From Acutalibacteraceae bacterium (lineage in GTDB: Bacteria; Bacillota; Clostridia; Oscillospirales; Acutalibacteraceae): DNA of 64,000 nucleotides. The stretch covers positions 92,380 through 156,379 of the forward strand of contig JAZSGW010000013.1 in assembly GCA_045532935.1 (NCBI GenBank), read 5' to 3'. A program made the position numbers and the translations under genes. The notes beneath the pieces were generated by a model. It was not told the origin of the DNA and did no database searches. It was given only the letters and a program-made list of their open reading frames with translations. This document shows, piece after piece, positions 10,186 to 20,230 of this stretch. The first letter of the stretch is position 1; every line of letters begins with the position of its first letter.

Positions 10186-11146
10186 AATTATCGAGGAAAT
10201 CGAAAATCTTTCTCCAGATGCTTTCGTCCTGTTCTGTCATTTTCCACCAATCGAAGGATTCGACAAAAGTTTTTTTGTTCTCGTCTGATGACAGTTCGTG
10301 TTTTTTCAGCTTTTTTGAAAGAGTCTTGAAAAAAGCATCTTTATATTTTACAGCCTCTGCAGTAAAGTTTGGATTATGATTCTTACCGCTGACGAGTAAA
10401 AAGCTGACATTTTTGTTGTCGGAAAGTCCACTTTTAATAACATCAAAGTGTTTTTTGCGGCTTACTGTTTTGTCATCGTCTGAATGTATGATCAGCACTT
10501 TTGTTTTCGTGTTTTTAAGACTGTCGATAGTATTTGTCTTTGAAAAAACAGGATTGTTTTTTTCTTCAATAGCGTAAAAATAACTGTAGAAACCCTTGAT
10601 GCCGTAGAAAATCTGCTTAATCATTTCATAAACGCTGACGAAGCCTGACATAGCGACGATGTGGCTTATTTCGGGATATAAAGCCGGAATATTCATACTC
10701 GAGAAACCGCCCCAACTATGTCCTATAACCGAATAGTCATAATCTTTGAGGCTTTCTTCGCTTTTCAGCGCTTTCATACAACAGTCGAGGTCATTGAGAC
10801 TTTGTGAAAAACCTTTTGTGTTTTCACCTCCGGATTCCATACAACCGGTATGATCATAGGAAAAAACCAGATAACCGTGTTCTGTAAGAGTCTCTATTTC
10901 TCTGAAATATGAACGGTGACCGCCTCCCATGCCGTGCTCAAATATTACAAGACGGTTCTTTATCGGATTATCATAGAAATAGAAGTTGCCACGAAGAATC
11001 TGACCGTCAGAGCCTTTGAATTCATAGGGTTGTTTGTTTAATCCGGGGAAATCTTTTTCGGAAAAGAAGTATACAGTTCCGTAATCCTTAAAGCGCGTAA
11101 GGACTTGTTTTCCGTAGATTTTTTTCACTTTGTTTAAAAAAATCAT
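10184..11146 (-). CDS. Alpha/beta-fold serine hydrolase (esterase/peptidase-like)
   Basis: 320 aa with the nucleophile elbow GHSWGG and a downstream Asp/His region (IIHSDDD ... GKNHN). Confidence 0.7.
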   Translation of the reverse strand: MIFLNKVKKIYGKQVLTRFKDYGTVYFFSEKDFPGLNKQPYEFKGSDGQILRGNFYFYDNPIKNRLVIFEHGMGGGHRSYFREIETLTEHGYLVFSYDHTGCMESGGENTKGFSQSLNDLDCCMKALKSEESLKDYDYSVIGHSWGGFSSMNIPALYPEISHIVAMSGFVSVYEMIKQIFYGIKGFYSYFYAIEEKNNPVFSKTNTIDSLKNTKTKVLIIHSDDDKTVSRKKHFDVIKSGLSDNKNVSFLLVSGKNHNPNFTAEAVKYKDAFFKTLSKKLKKHELSSDENKKTFVESFDWWKMTEQDESIWRKIFDFLDN

Positions 11147-11170
11147 ATTCTCAGAACCTTTCAGACTGTG

Positions 11171-13582
11171 TTATTTCATCATCAGCACTTCGTTGAGCGG
11201 ACCTCTTAATGCTTCATCACAGGAAGGAAGTTTTGTGAGAGTTTTAAGGAAGGGATCGAACTTCGTTTTTTTATAGGTTACAGGAAGTTGATATTTTGTA
11301 ACAAGCTCAATTACCGATTCCTTCTTATCTTTGTTGACGCGGATTTTTGTTTCGTTAAGAGATATTTCAACATTACTTTTAGGAGTTATACCCTTAAGTA
11401 TAAGCTTAACCTTGCCGTAGGTTTTGATTACATCATATTTAGCCTCTTTACCGTTAACGATTACGCAGATGTTGTCCGCATCGGTTATGTCCTCAAAAAC
11501 GATAGTGTAATTTCTTCTTTGAGGAAGTGAGCTGCAGTTGCCTTCAGCTGGGAAAATGTTGAACGAGAGATTTCTGTCTTCTTCTTTTACCAGATATTTA
11601 GTAACAGCAAAATTACCTTTACGGAATTCGTTTGTTTCTCCATCATCTTCGTAGAGATTGAAGCTGTTATTACCGCGGTAAACGCGAAGCGTCATATCCT
11701 TGGGATTGCTACAGTCATTGGATCTATCGTCGGTTGCCATAGGAATGATAGCGCCTTCTTTGGCAAATACAGGGATTGATTCAATACCTCTGTACATTGT
11801 AAGCATTTGCTCACCTTCGTAAATTGCTCCGGTATAAATATCTGTCCATCTGCCCTTGGGAAGCCATACCTTTACTGCTGCAAGATTGGTCTTGGGGTTG
11901 AGCTTTGATGTTATGGGAGCAACCATAAGCTCCGAACCAAAGAGGTACTGGTTTTTCACTTCATATGCTTCCGGTGATTCGGGATATTCATAATACATAG
12001 GTTCACACAGTGCGAGACATTCCTTGTGGGTGCGGTAATTCATTGAATAAAGATAAGGAATGAGAGTGTGTCTTTCACGAAGAGCCTTCGTAGCAAGCGT
12101 TTCAGCTGTAAAAGTATGTTTCCAGGGTTCTTTACCCATAAATTCATTACTCGTTGAATGAAGTCTCATAATAGGGGAGTAGACTCCGTACTGAACCCAA
12201 CGTGTGTAGAGTTCGTCGTCTTTTGAACCCATCATATGACCGCCTATGTCATGGCTCCACCAGGTGTAACCGATGTTGGTTGCTGTAGAGGTGAAGTAGG
12301 GCTGGAAATCAAGTGCTTCCCAACAGATTTTTGTGTCACCTGAAAAACCGAGAGGATAACGGTGCGAGCCAACCTCTGCATAACGAGAAAGAATGAGAGG
12401 ACGCTTTACACCGTCTGTGTTTGCAAGGGTGTGATAGTGGTTGAGAGCCCAGAGAGGGTCAAGGTTTTTCATATTTGTATTTTTTCCTTGCTGCCAGTCA
12501 ATCCACCAGAAGTCAACACCGTCATTCTCATAAGGTTTGTGAAGAACATTAAAATAAGCATCAATGAATTTAGGATCAGTAATATCAAAGTCTATTCTTT
12601 TTTTACTTTCAGGGTCTACATCCATCATTTTGCACATTTCTTCGTACATATCCTCGAAGAAGCGTACACCCTGAGCCGGATGAAGATTTACGGTTACTCT
12701 CAGATTCTGTTCGTGAAGCCACTTGAGGAATCCTTTGTAGTCAGGGAAAAGCTCTGTGTTCCAGCTGTAGCCTGTCCAACCGTCACCCTGGAAAATAAAA
12801 TCAGTTTTACCGGGAATAAGAGTAGGTTTGCCGCCACTTTTTCCAAAGCGTTTTTTTACATCAACCCAATGCCAGTCCATATCGATTGTTGCAACAGTAA
12901 TCGGAATTTCTTTTTCAACAAATTTTTTCATAAGGTCAATGTATTCCTGCTGGGTATATGCTTTATAACGGCTCCACCAGTTGCCGAGACAGAATCTTGG
13001 TACAAGGGGAACTTCACCGCAAAGTGAGAAGAAATCCTTAAGGCATGCTCTGTAATCGTGATTATAAGCAAAATAGTATTCGTCTTTGAGACTGCCTTTT
13101 CTTTCCGAAAGTGTACCATCCGGATTAATGGTAAGAGAAACTGAATCGTCAATAATAGCAACACCGTTTGTGGACATAAGTCCATCACCAAGTGGGATAG
13201 CTCCTTTAGTCATATCAAGAGTTCTGTAGGTGCCTTTCAGATTACCTGTTTTGAATTCAGTAAGATTTTTTCCGTTTTTAAGCGATATACCAATCATTTT
13301 TTCGCTTTTTGTATCATAACGGAAAATAGTTTTTGTTGTCATAATAATAACAACATCGCCGTCTTCTATTGTTCTGATCTGCGGTTTACAGAAATTTCTG
13401 TTGACAACGGTTTGCGTGGGTGCATCAATAAAATCCCGTTGAGGGTCAACCTCAACACGAAGAAGTCTTTCTGTAAGAAGTGAAAGACGGACATTGTTTT
13501 TTGTTATAACAAGGCTTTCATCGGTCTTGCTGTCACAATTCCATGAGAAAGTGTCAGTAAAATATTTGCTTGGCTGTGTCAT
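11171..13582 (-). CDS. GH31 alpha-glucosidase/alpha-xylosidase family enzyme
   Basis: GH31 signatures DGVDFWWIDWQQG and WWSHDIGGH. I prefer the second ATG (13582, MTQPSKY) because AAAGGAAA lies 8 nt upstream. The ORF-track start at 13600 has no SD. Confidence 0.85.
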   Translation of the reverse strand: MTQPSKYFTDTFSWNCDSKTDESLVITKNNVRLSLLTERLLRVEVDPQRDFIDAPTQTVVNRNFCKPQIRTIEDGDVVIIMTTKTIFRYDTKSEKMIGISLKNGKNLTEFKTGNLKGTYRTLDMTKGAIPLGDGLMSTNGVAIIDDSVSLTINPDGTLSERKGSLKDEYYFAYNHDYRACLKDFFSLCGEVPLVPRFCLGNWWSRYKAYTQQEYIDLMKKFVEKEIPITVATIDMDWHWVDVKKRFGKSGGKPTLIPGKTDFIFQGDGWTGYSWNTELFPDYKGFLKWLHEQNLRVTVNLHPAQGVRFFEDMYEEMCKMMDVDPESKKRIDFDITDPKFIDAYFNVLHKPYENDGVDFWWIDWQQGKNTNMKNLDPLWALNHYHTLANTDGVKRPLILSRYAEVGSHRYPLGFSGDTKICWEALDFQPYFTSTATNIGYTWWSHDIGGHMMGSKDDELYTRWVQYGVYSPIMRLHSTSNEFMGKEPWKHTFTAETLATKALRERHTLIPYLYSMNYRTHKECLALCEPMYYEYPESPEAYEVKNQYLFGSELMVAPITSKLNPKTNLAAVKVWLPKGRWTDIYTGAIYEGEQMLTMYRGIESIPVFAKEGAIIPMATDDRSNDCSNPKDMTLRVYRGNNSFNLYEDDGETNEFRKGNFAVTKYLVKEEDRNLSFNIFPAEGNCSSLPQRRNYTIVFEDITDADNICVIVNGKEAKYDVIKTYGKVKLILKGITPKSNVEISLNETKIRVNKDKKESVIELVTKYQLPVTYKKTKFDPFLKTLTKLPSCDEALRGPLNEVLMMK

Positions 13583-13657
13583 ATTAATGTTTCCTTTCAT
13601 TTTTTCATTTCTATAATATACATTAAAATGTTACAATTTCAATAATAAAAGAAACTT

Positions 13658-13686
13658 TTGTCAAAAAGCACAAAAAATGTTATCAT
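13658..13686 (+). promoter_or_regulatory. Sigma-A type promoter for the GPH symporter gene
   Basis: TTGTCA, 17-nt spacer, TGtTATCAT (extended -10). Confidence 0.55.
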
Positions 13687-13789
13687 TTTTCTACTTATAA
13701 AAAGATCTTATTAGATGACAAATGATAGATTTTTTGTTTTATTTGTGTTAAAATTATCTGGATAATTAACAACCATGGAGGTTTGAGTT

Positions 13790-15292
13790 ATGGAAGAAAA
13801 AAAGTATGTGCCCAAAAAAGAGTTGACTGCTTTTTGCGTGGCCGGTCTTGGACAGGGTATGATTTATGCTCTTATGTCAAGTTACATCAGTGACTATTAT
13901 CTTAATATTCTGCAGTTATCACCCATATTTGTACTGCTTTTGATGTTGCTTGCAAGAATCTGGGATGCTATAAATGATCCTATGATGGGTATGATTATTG
14001 ACAGAAGCAACCTTAAAAGCGGAAAAATGAAGCCGTTTATCCGTATTGCTCTTATTCCTATTGCAATAATGACATTTCTTATGTATCTCAGTCCGAATTT
14101 AGGCAAAACAGAGCTTATGATTTATTCTGCTATTGTTTACGTCGGTTGGGGTATGATTTATACCGTCGGTGACGTTGCATTTTGGGGTATTCCCAATGTT
14201 ATTACTCCGTCTTCGACAGAAAGAAGTTCAGTTATTTCAATAAGTAAAATTTTCAATTCTATCGGTTCTGCTGTGCCCGAAGTGCTTTTCCTTGTAATCG
14301 GTCTTATTATTGCTGCTTGGGTAGAAAATTCACCGGAATCTATTGATCCTTTAACTGTACAGAAGAGAAAATATCTTCTTATGGCAATCGTTACGGTTGG
14401 TCTTGGTACAGTTCTTTATATGTTTGCCTTTAAGGTAAAGGAAAGAGTTAAGATTCCTGTGCGCAAACGTGCTGAGGGTGAGCCTTCACAGCTGAGCAGA
14501 ATATTCAAGTGTAAGCCACTTGTACTTGTTCTTCTTATGGGCGTGCTTTCGAGTGGCAGATATATGGTTTCTGCAGCCGCAATTCACGTCGCAAGATACT
14601 CTTTTTACATAGGACCTGACCTTGCAACATTGGCTACTGAAGCTGAAAGAATCGCTGCTGTTGAGGCTAGTATTTCTACAGTTAAGACTGTTTTCCAGAT
14701 CAGTTCAATTATAGGCCTTTTTGGCGCAACACTCTTTATGCCTAAGCTTATGAAGAAAATTGACTTCAAGAAACTTGTAATTGTCAGCTGTCTTGCAGGT
14801 TTTGCAGCAAGTATCATTACAACAGTTGTTGGTTGGTTCACGATGAATCTTTATGCTTGTATCCCATTTATTATTATTTCTTGTATCCCTCTTGGTGTTA
14901 TTAATACAGTTTGTTTCGCTATGATATGTGACTGTCTCGATTATATGGAACTTAAAACCGGATTCAGAGATAATGCACTCGGTGCTGCTTGTCAGGGCTT
15001 CATCAACAAAATAGGTAATGCTTTTGCCACATCGGGTATTGTTATAATGTATATGGTGATTGGACTTAAGCCTGAACAGATGCTTTCTTCAACGGCAGTT
15101 GTTGCTGCTACTGAAATGCCTGATAATCTTCGTTTTGCGATGTTTACACTTGTTTCGATCGTGCCCGGTATCAGTATGTTGCTTTGTGCAATTCCTATGT
15201 TCTTCTATGACCTTACAAAGGATAAGAAGGCAAAAATTGCTGAAGAACTTGCAGTTATCAGAGCGGAACGCGGTATCAGCATTGATGCGTAA
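13790..15292 (+). CDS. Glycoside-pentoside-hexuronide (GPH/MelB-type) cation symporter
   Basis: 500 aa and 12-TM-like. Carries the GPH signature ARIWDAINDPMMGMIIDR. Divergent from the GH31 gene. Confidence 0.85.
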   Translation: MEEKKYVPKKELTAFCVAGLGQGMIYALMSSYISDYYLNILQLSPIFVLLLMLLARIWDAINDPMMGMIIDRSNLKSGKMKPFIRIALIPIAIMTFLMYLSPNLGKTELMIYSAIVYVGWGMIYTVGDVAFWGIPNVITPSSTERSSVISISKIFNSIGSAVPEVLFLVIGLIIAAWVENSPESIDPLTVQKRKYLLMAIVTVGLGTVLYMFAFKVKERVKIPVRKRAEGEPSQLSRIFKCKPLVLVLLMGVLSSGRYMVSAAAIHVARYSFYIGPDLATLATEAERIAAVEASISTVKTVFQISSIIGLFGATLFMPKLMKKIDFKKLVIVSCLAGFAASIITTVVGWFTMNLYACIPFIIISCIPLGVINTVCFAMICDCLDYMELKTGFRDNALGAACQGFINKIGNAFATSGIVIMYMVIGLKPEQMLSSTAVVAATEMPDNLRFAMFTLVSIVPGISMLLCAIPMFFYDLTKDKKAKIAEELAVIRAERGISIDA

Positions 15293-15320
15293 ATACATTC
15301 TTTAATGGAGGGTTATAATT

Positions 15321-16037
15321 ATGACTACATATTTATCATTCGGTATTGGTATGTGTTTTCTTATTGCCTTTATGGTAATGTGTCACAAAAAAAGAAGTGT
15401 TCCAGGTGTGTTTGTCAAGAGTCTTACAAGTGTATTCTTCCTTCTCACCGCAACAACAGGTGCTTTTAACAATACGGAATATCCTGATGTCTGGCGTTAT
15501 GCTATGCTTATTGTAATGGGCGGCGTTCTTGGTCTTATGGGCGATATTTATCTCGATCAGAAGTGGCTCTATCCTGAACATAACGATCAGTATCTTTATC
15601 TCGGTTTTACATCTTTCGGTATCGGACATTTCTTCTATATGGGAGCTATGTGCACTCATGCAAAGCTCGGTGTAAAAGATATGCTTATCGCTTTCGGAAT
15701 TGGTGTTCTCATCACAGTGATTAACCTCATTCTTGAAAAGCCGACAAAGCAGAGATACGGTAAATTCTACGCTATTGTAACAGTTTACTGTCTTATTCTC
15801 GGTACAATGACCGGAACAGCATTGTGGGCATATGTAAAGACCCGTCAGCTTTCTTACCTTGTATACACAATCGGTGCTGCTCTCTTCCTTCTTTCCGATG
15901 TTATTCTCTCACCGATGTATTTCGCGATCAAACAGGACAGAAACACTACGCTTAATTTTGTGCTTAACCATACAACCTATTATTTAGGACAGTATCTCAT
16001 AGCTCTTACACCGTTCCTTCTCGTAGCTAACGGTTGA
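15321..16037 (+). CDS. YhhN-family (lysoplasmalogenase-like) membrane protein
   Basis: 238 aa, polytopic. The C-terminal LFLLSDVILS motif is typical of YhhN/TMEM86. Confidence 0.65.
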   Translation: MTTYLSFGIGMCFLIAFMVMCHKKRSVPGVFVKSLTSVFFLLTATTGAFNNTEYPDVWRYAMLIVMGGVLGLMGDIYLDQKWLYPEHNDQYLYLGFTSFGIGHFFYMGAMCTHAKLGVKDMLIAFGIGVLITVINLILEKPTKQRYGKFYAIVTVYCLILGTMTGTALWAYVKTRQLSYLVYTIGAALFLLSDVILSPMYFAIKQDRNTTLNFVLNHTTYYLGQYLIALTPFLLVANG

Positions 16038-16047
16038 TAAAGAAATC

Positions 16048-16076
16048 GCCCTGAACATCAGATAGATGTTCAGGGC
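16048..16076. terminator. Bidirectional terminator hairpin
   Basis: 12-bp perfect stem GCCCTGAACATC/GATGTTCAGGGC with a 5-nt loop, between convergent genes. Confidence 0.7.
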
Positions 16077-16087
16077 ATAAATTTTAT

Positions 16088-17632
16088 TCAGTTATCTGTT
16101 CTCCAGAACTTTCTGTCAAGGCTTCTGTATTGTACAGCTTCTGTAATATGTTCAAGCTCTATACTTTCGCTTGAATCCAGGTCTGCGATAGTTCTTGCCA
16201 CTCGCAGAATTTTATCGTATGCTCTTGCTGAAAGGTCCATAGCCTCGAAGCATTTTTCGAGCATCTCTTTACATTTTTCGTTAAGTCGGCAGTATTTTCT
16301 TGTGAGTTCCGGAGTCATTTTTGCGTTGCAGGTGACAGTTGTTCCTTTGAATCTTTGATTCTGAATTTCTCTTGCTTTATTGACTCTTTCTTTGATGTCA
16401 GCAGAGGATTCACCTTTTTCATCGCTTGACAACTTTTGAAAATCAACTTGCGGAACTTCGATATGTATATCCATTCTGTCAAGAAGAGGACCGCTTACTT
16501 TTGCGAGATATTTTGCAGGTGCACCTTTTGTACAAGTACATTTTTTTGTGGGATGTCCGTAATAACCGCATGGGCAAGGATTCATAGCACACACAAGCAT
16601 AATTTCACTTGGATATGTAAGTGTACCGGAAACACGCGAGATGGTAATTTTACCGTCTTCTATCGGCTGACGCAGAGTCTCCATGGACATTCTGGAAAAC
16701 TCGGGAAGCTCATCCAGAAAAAGCACTCCGTGATGAGCAAGGCTTATCTCACCGGGACGGGGAATTCTTCCGCCGCCTGAAAGTCCTGCGGTTGATATTG
16801 TGTGATGGGGTGAGCGGAACGGACGAGATTTAATAAGCGAAACATTTTCAGGGAGAATTCCTGCTATTGAGTAAATTTTTGTCACATCAAGGCTTTCCTG
16901 AAATGTCATATCCGGAAGAATGGACGGCAGTCTTTTTGCAAGCATACTTTTGCCTGATCCGGGTGGGCCGATCATAAGCACATTGTGTCCTCCTGCAGCG
17001 GCAATTTCAAGAGCTCTTTTAACCTGAAACTGCCCTTTGACATCTGCAAAGTCCGGCATATATTCCCATATCTGCTTAAGTTCACCGTAGCTGCTTTCAC
17101 TTACTTTTTCAATTTGCTTTTTACCTGAAAGATGAGCGTGGAGCTGTTTTACATTGTCAACTGCATAAATATCAATATCTTTGACTATACAGCATTCGCT
17201 TGCATTTTCTGCAGGAATGTATATTTTTTTGATTCCAAGCTCCTGTGCTTTTATGACCATAGGTAATGCACCGTTTACCCTATTAACCTTGCCATTGAGA
17301 GAAAGTTCGCCGAAAAAAGCCGAATCGTTTACATCACAATTAAGCTGACCGGTTGCAATAAGAATAGATACAAGTATAGGCAGATCGTAAATAGGCCCTT
17401 CTTTTTTTATGTCTGCAGGAGTTAGGTTTACTGTATATCTTGAAGCAGGGAACAAAAATCCGCTGTTTTTTATTGCAGAACGAACTCTGTCCCGTGATTC
17501 ACTTACAGCGGCATCAGGCAGACCTACAAGATCAAAACGAACCATTCCATTGTCGACTGAAGCTTCAACTCCGACGCCGTAACTATTCATTCCGAATAAA
17601 CCGACGCTGTTAATTCTGACAAACATTTGCAA
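16088..17632 (-). CDS. comM: YifB/ComM-family Mg-chelatase-like ATPase
   Basis: 514 aa with a Lon-protease-like N-domain, Walker A GPPGSGKS, Walker B LFLDE and a C-terminal ChlI domain. Confidence 0.9.
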   Translation of the reverse strand: MQMFVRINSVGLFGMNSYGVGVEASVDNGMVRFDLVGLPDAAVSESRDRVRSAIKNSGFLFPASRYTVNLTPADIKKEGPIYDLPILVSILIATGQLNCDVNDSAFFGELSLNGKVNRVNGALPMVIKAQELGIKKIYIPAENASECCIVKDIDIYAVDNVKQLHAHLSGKKQIEKVSESSYGELKQIWEYMPDFADVKGQFQVKRALEIAAAGGHNVLMIGPPGSGKSMLAKRLPSILPDMTFQESLDVTKIYSIAGILPENVSLIKSRPFRSPHHTISTAGLSGGGRIPRPGEISLAHHGVLFLDELPEFSRMSMETLRQPIEDGKITISRVSGTLTYPSEIMLVCAMNPCPCGYYGHPTKKCTCTKGAPAKYLAKVSGPLLDRMDIHIEVPQVDFQKLSSDEKGESSADIKERVNKAREIQNQRFKGTTVTCNAKMTPELTRKYCRLNEKCKEMLEKCFEAMDLSARAYDKILRVARTIADLDSSESIELEHITEAVQYRSLDRKFWRTDN

Positions 17633-17695
17633 CCATCCTTTTTTGTATGCTATCTTACATTATACAGTCAAACATAATTTTTGTAAATATATTTT

Positions 17696-18664
17696 TCAAT
17701 CTTCCATGATAATTGTGCCGGGATAAAAATGCTCAAGAATTTTCTTATAGTCAGCGCCTTGGCGTGCCATATAATCAGCGCTGTACTGACTCATACCTAC
17801 ACCGTGACCTCTGCCGTGAACAGTAAATACATAATTTCCGTCTTCGATTGTTCCTTTGAAAGATGCACCGGGTAAAGCAAGTATATTTCTGACATCGGAA
17901 GAAGAAAAGTTTTCTTTGCAGACTGTAAGCGTTTTAATATAACCGTCGATATCTTTTTCGTATACGGATGCCCAATTTTTGAAATCCTCGTCTTCAAATG
18001 TTAAATCAGCGTTTTCTTCGAAGGCTGATTTAAACTCTTCGGGACTGAAAGTGACTACTGATTCATACTTTTCGGACAGTGTGTCTCCGGGAGCATCTAC
18101 AATACACAGATATGGGAGAGCTTTACCCCAAACCTCCTGTGATGATTTTGTTTTACCTGAAGAAATTGCATGGAATGCGGTGAGAGCAGGCTTACCTTTA
18201 TAGGAAAGATATTGACCTGATACACTTTCAACAGCTTCTTTGATTTTTTTTCTGTTTTCTTCGTAACTGTCGCCCCATTTTTCTTTTTGCTGGGTTGTGT
18301 CAATGTATTTTTGATGTATAGCCGAGGAATCGGAAATGTTTCCATTGGCGGAGTTGTACATAAGGTATTTCATATAAGTATAGCTTGCAACTGCCTGAGC
18401 TTTCAGGGCTTCAGTACAGAAACTTGCGGGCATTTCTCCTGCAACTGTGCCAATAATATATTCAGTTATATTCACATTGTTTATTTCTTCTGATTCCGAA
18501 CGAAATACTTTTACTTCGCTTGTTTGTTGTGATGAAAAGCTTACTGTTTTTTCACTGGTTTCAATATTGTCAAAGCTGCCTCTTTGAGGATGTATTTTTG
18601 CCGCCGCCGGAAGAATGATCATGACAACAACAAGAATTATGCTTAAAATAAAATATGGTTTCAC
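17696..18664 (-). CDS. spoIID: Stage II sporulation protein D (SpoIID lytic transglycosylase)
   Basis: 322 aa with a GTG start and an N-terminal anchor. The SpoIID core is HGRGHGVGMSQYSADYMARQG. Confidence 0.9.
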   Translation of the reverse strand: MKPYFILSIILVVVMIILPAAAKIHPQRGSFDNIETSEKTVSFSSQQTSEVKVFRSESEEINNVNITEYIIGTVAGEMPASFCTEALKAQAVASYTYMKYLMYNSANGNISDSSAIHQKYIDTTQQKEKWGDSYEENRKKIKEAVESVSGQYLSYKGKPALTAFHAISSGKTKSSQEVWGKALPYLCIVDAPGDTLSEKYESVVTFSPEEFKSAFEENADLTFEDEDFKNWASVYEKDIDGYIKTLTVCKENFSSSDVRNILALPGASFKGTIEDGNYVFTVHGRGHGVGMSQYSADYMARQGADYKKILEHFYPGTIIMED

Positions 18665-18718
18665 AGAAAAACATCCTTTCTTTAATCAATTTTCATTAAT
18701 TATGTTTCTTCGTAAATA

Positions 18719-18747
18719 TTGACTTTATAAATTCTATGTTATAAAAT
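18719..18747 (+). promoter_or_regulatory. Sigma-A type promoter for citrate synthase
   Basis: TTGACT, 17-nt spacer, TAAAAT. Confidence 0.55.
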
Positions 18748-18790
18748 ATATAGAAATAACTTTTTATTATCAGTTTCGGGAGGCAAAAGA

Positions 18791-20230
18791 ATGAACGATA
18801 AAATTAACCCGATTTCCAATGAATTGCTTGAAGTAATGAGCGAAAAAATCGAAAAGAAAAGCCGGATTGACCTTGATGCGTTCTGGAAGTATGGCGTAAA
18901 AAGAGGGCTTCGTAATCCGGACGGTACCGGTGTTATGGCGGGACTTACCAATGTTTGTTCCGTTGAAGGTTATTATATAGATGACGGTGAAAGAGTGCCC
19001 AAAAACGGTGTTCTCAAATACAGAGGCATAAATGTCAATGATATAATCAGAGCTTGTGAAGAGGAAGATCGATTCGGGTTCGAAGAGGTTGCTTATCTAC
19101 TGATTTTCGGTTCGTTACCTACGAAAGATCAGGTGAGCTTGTTTAAAGATATTCTTGGCTTATGCCGCTTTTTACCGGATACGTACATTGAAGATGTATT
19201 AATGAAGAATGCTTCAATGAGCATTATGAATAAACTTGCAAGATGTATTTTGATATCCTATTCCTTTGATGAAAATCCTGACGATATTTCTATTGAGAAT
19301 GTGCTTCGTCAGTCGGTTCAGCTTATTGCGCAGATTCCTGTAATGATTTGTTATGCTTATCAGGTTAAGCGTAAGAAGTTTTACGGTAAGAGTATGTATT
19401 TCCACCCTGAAAAGAAGGAACTTTCAACTGCAGAAACCATTCTTCGTTCAATTCGTGCTGACAGAAAATTTACTCACGAGGAAGCACGTCTGCTTGATAT
19501 TTGTCTTATTCTTCATGCGGAACACGGCGGCGGTAATAATTCTACTTTTACAAACAGAGTGCTCACATCGAGCGGAACGGATACTTATTCGGCTTATGCA
19601 GGTGCTGTAGGTTCACTTAAGGGCTCACGTCACGGCGGTGCTAATATTAAGGTTAGCAATATGATAGAGGACATCAAGGCTCATATCGACATTACAAATG
19701 AGGAAGAAATTGCTGCCTATCTTGAAAAAATAATCAGAAAAGAAGCAGGAGACGGTAGTGGTCTTGTTTACGGCATGGGTCATGCAGTTTATACACTTTC
19801 GGATCCGAGGGCAGTTATTCTTAAGCGAAAAGCCCGTGAATTTGCATACAAAAACGGCTTTGAAAAAGATTTCGAGCTTCTTAATTCAATAGAAAGACTT
19901 ACTCCTGAAGTGTTCAGAAAAGTCAAGGGTAAGACTAAAATTATGTGTGCAAATGTCGACTTGTATTCCGGTCTTATTTACAAAATGCTCGGTATTCCTG
20001 AAGATCTTTATACACCGCTTTTTGCTTGTGCAAGAATAGTAGGTTGGTCTGCTCACAGACTCGAGGAGCTTATTTCCGGTGGCAAGATTATAAGACCCGC
20101 ATACAAAAATATCGCTACTCCGAAAAAGTATGTGCCCATTGATGAGAGAATTGATAATTATAGATCGCTCGATAATTACATACCGTCAGATCAGCGCGAT
20201 TATCCGAAGGGGGAAGACAATGAAGCTTAA
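18791..20230 (+). CDS. Citrate (Si)-synthase family enzyme
   Basis: 479 aa. Catalytic-site motifs LILHAEHGGGNNSTF and GMGHAVYTLSDPR. Confidence 0.9.
   Translation: MNDKINPISNELLEVMSEKIEKKSRIDLDAFWKYGVKRGLRNPDGTGVMAGLTNVCSVEGYYIDDGERVPKNGVLKYRGINVNDIIRACEEEDRFGFEEVAYLLIFGSLPTKDQVSLFKDILGLCRFLPDTYIEDVLMKNASMSIMNKLARCILISYSFDENPDDISIENVLRQSVQLIAQIPVMICYAYQVKRKKFYGKSMYFHPEKKELSTAETILRSIRADRKFTHEEARLLDICLILHAEHGGGNNSTFTNRVLTSSGTDTYSAYAGAVGSLKGSRHGGANIKVSNMIEDIKAHIDITNEEEIAAYLEKIIRKEAGDGSGLVYGMGHAVYTLSDPRAVILKRKAREFAYKNGFEKDFELLNSIERLTPEVFRKVKGKTKIMCANVDLYSGLIYKMLGIPEDLYTPLFACARIVGWSAHRLEELISGGKIIRPAYKNIATPKKYVPIDERIDNYRSLDNYIPSDQRDYPKGEDNEA

Noticed and set aside
12362-13027. A 221-aa ORF antisense to the GH31 gene. 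Similar long antisense ORFs lie at 21212-21772, 27637-28212, 8241-8702, 5857-6255 and 25302-25670.
   Set aside because: These are shadow ORFs inside well-supported genes. They have low-complexity or odd composition, no SD, and no recognisable motifs.
13626-13690. Two AAAATGTTA(C/T)(A/C)ATTT motifs in the GH31/GPH divergent spacer. I considered them as a possible operator pair.
   Set aside because: Each copy coincides with the spacer and extended -10 region of one of the two divergent promoters. No regulator gene is nearby. They are probably promoter-derived similarity.
18665-18740. A sigma-E-type sporulation promoter upstream of spoIID.
   Set aside because: A CATAATTA-like -10 is present on the minus strand, but I could not place a convincing -35 at the right spacing, so I did not report it as a feature.
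20130-20219. A 30-codon upstream extension of the membrane-protein ORF.
   Set aside because: It lies entirely inside the citrate synthase coding region in another frame. The ATG at 20220 gives a typical membrane-protein N-terminus.
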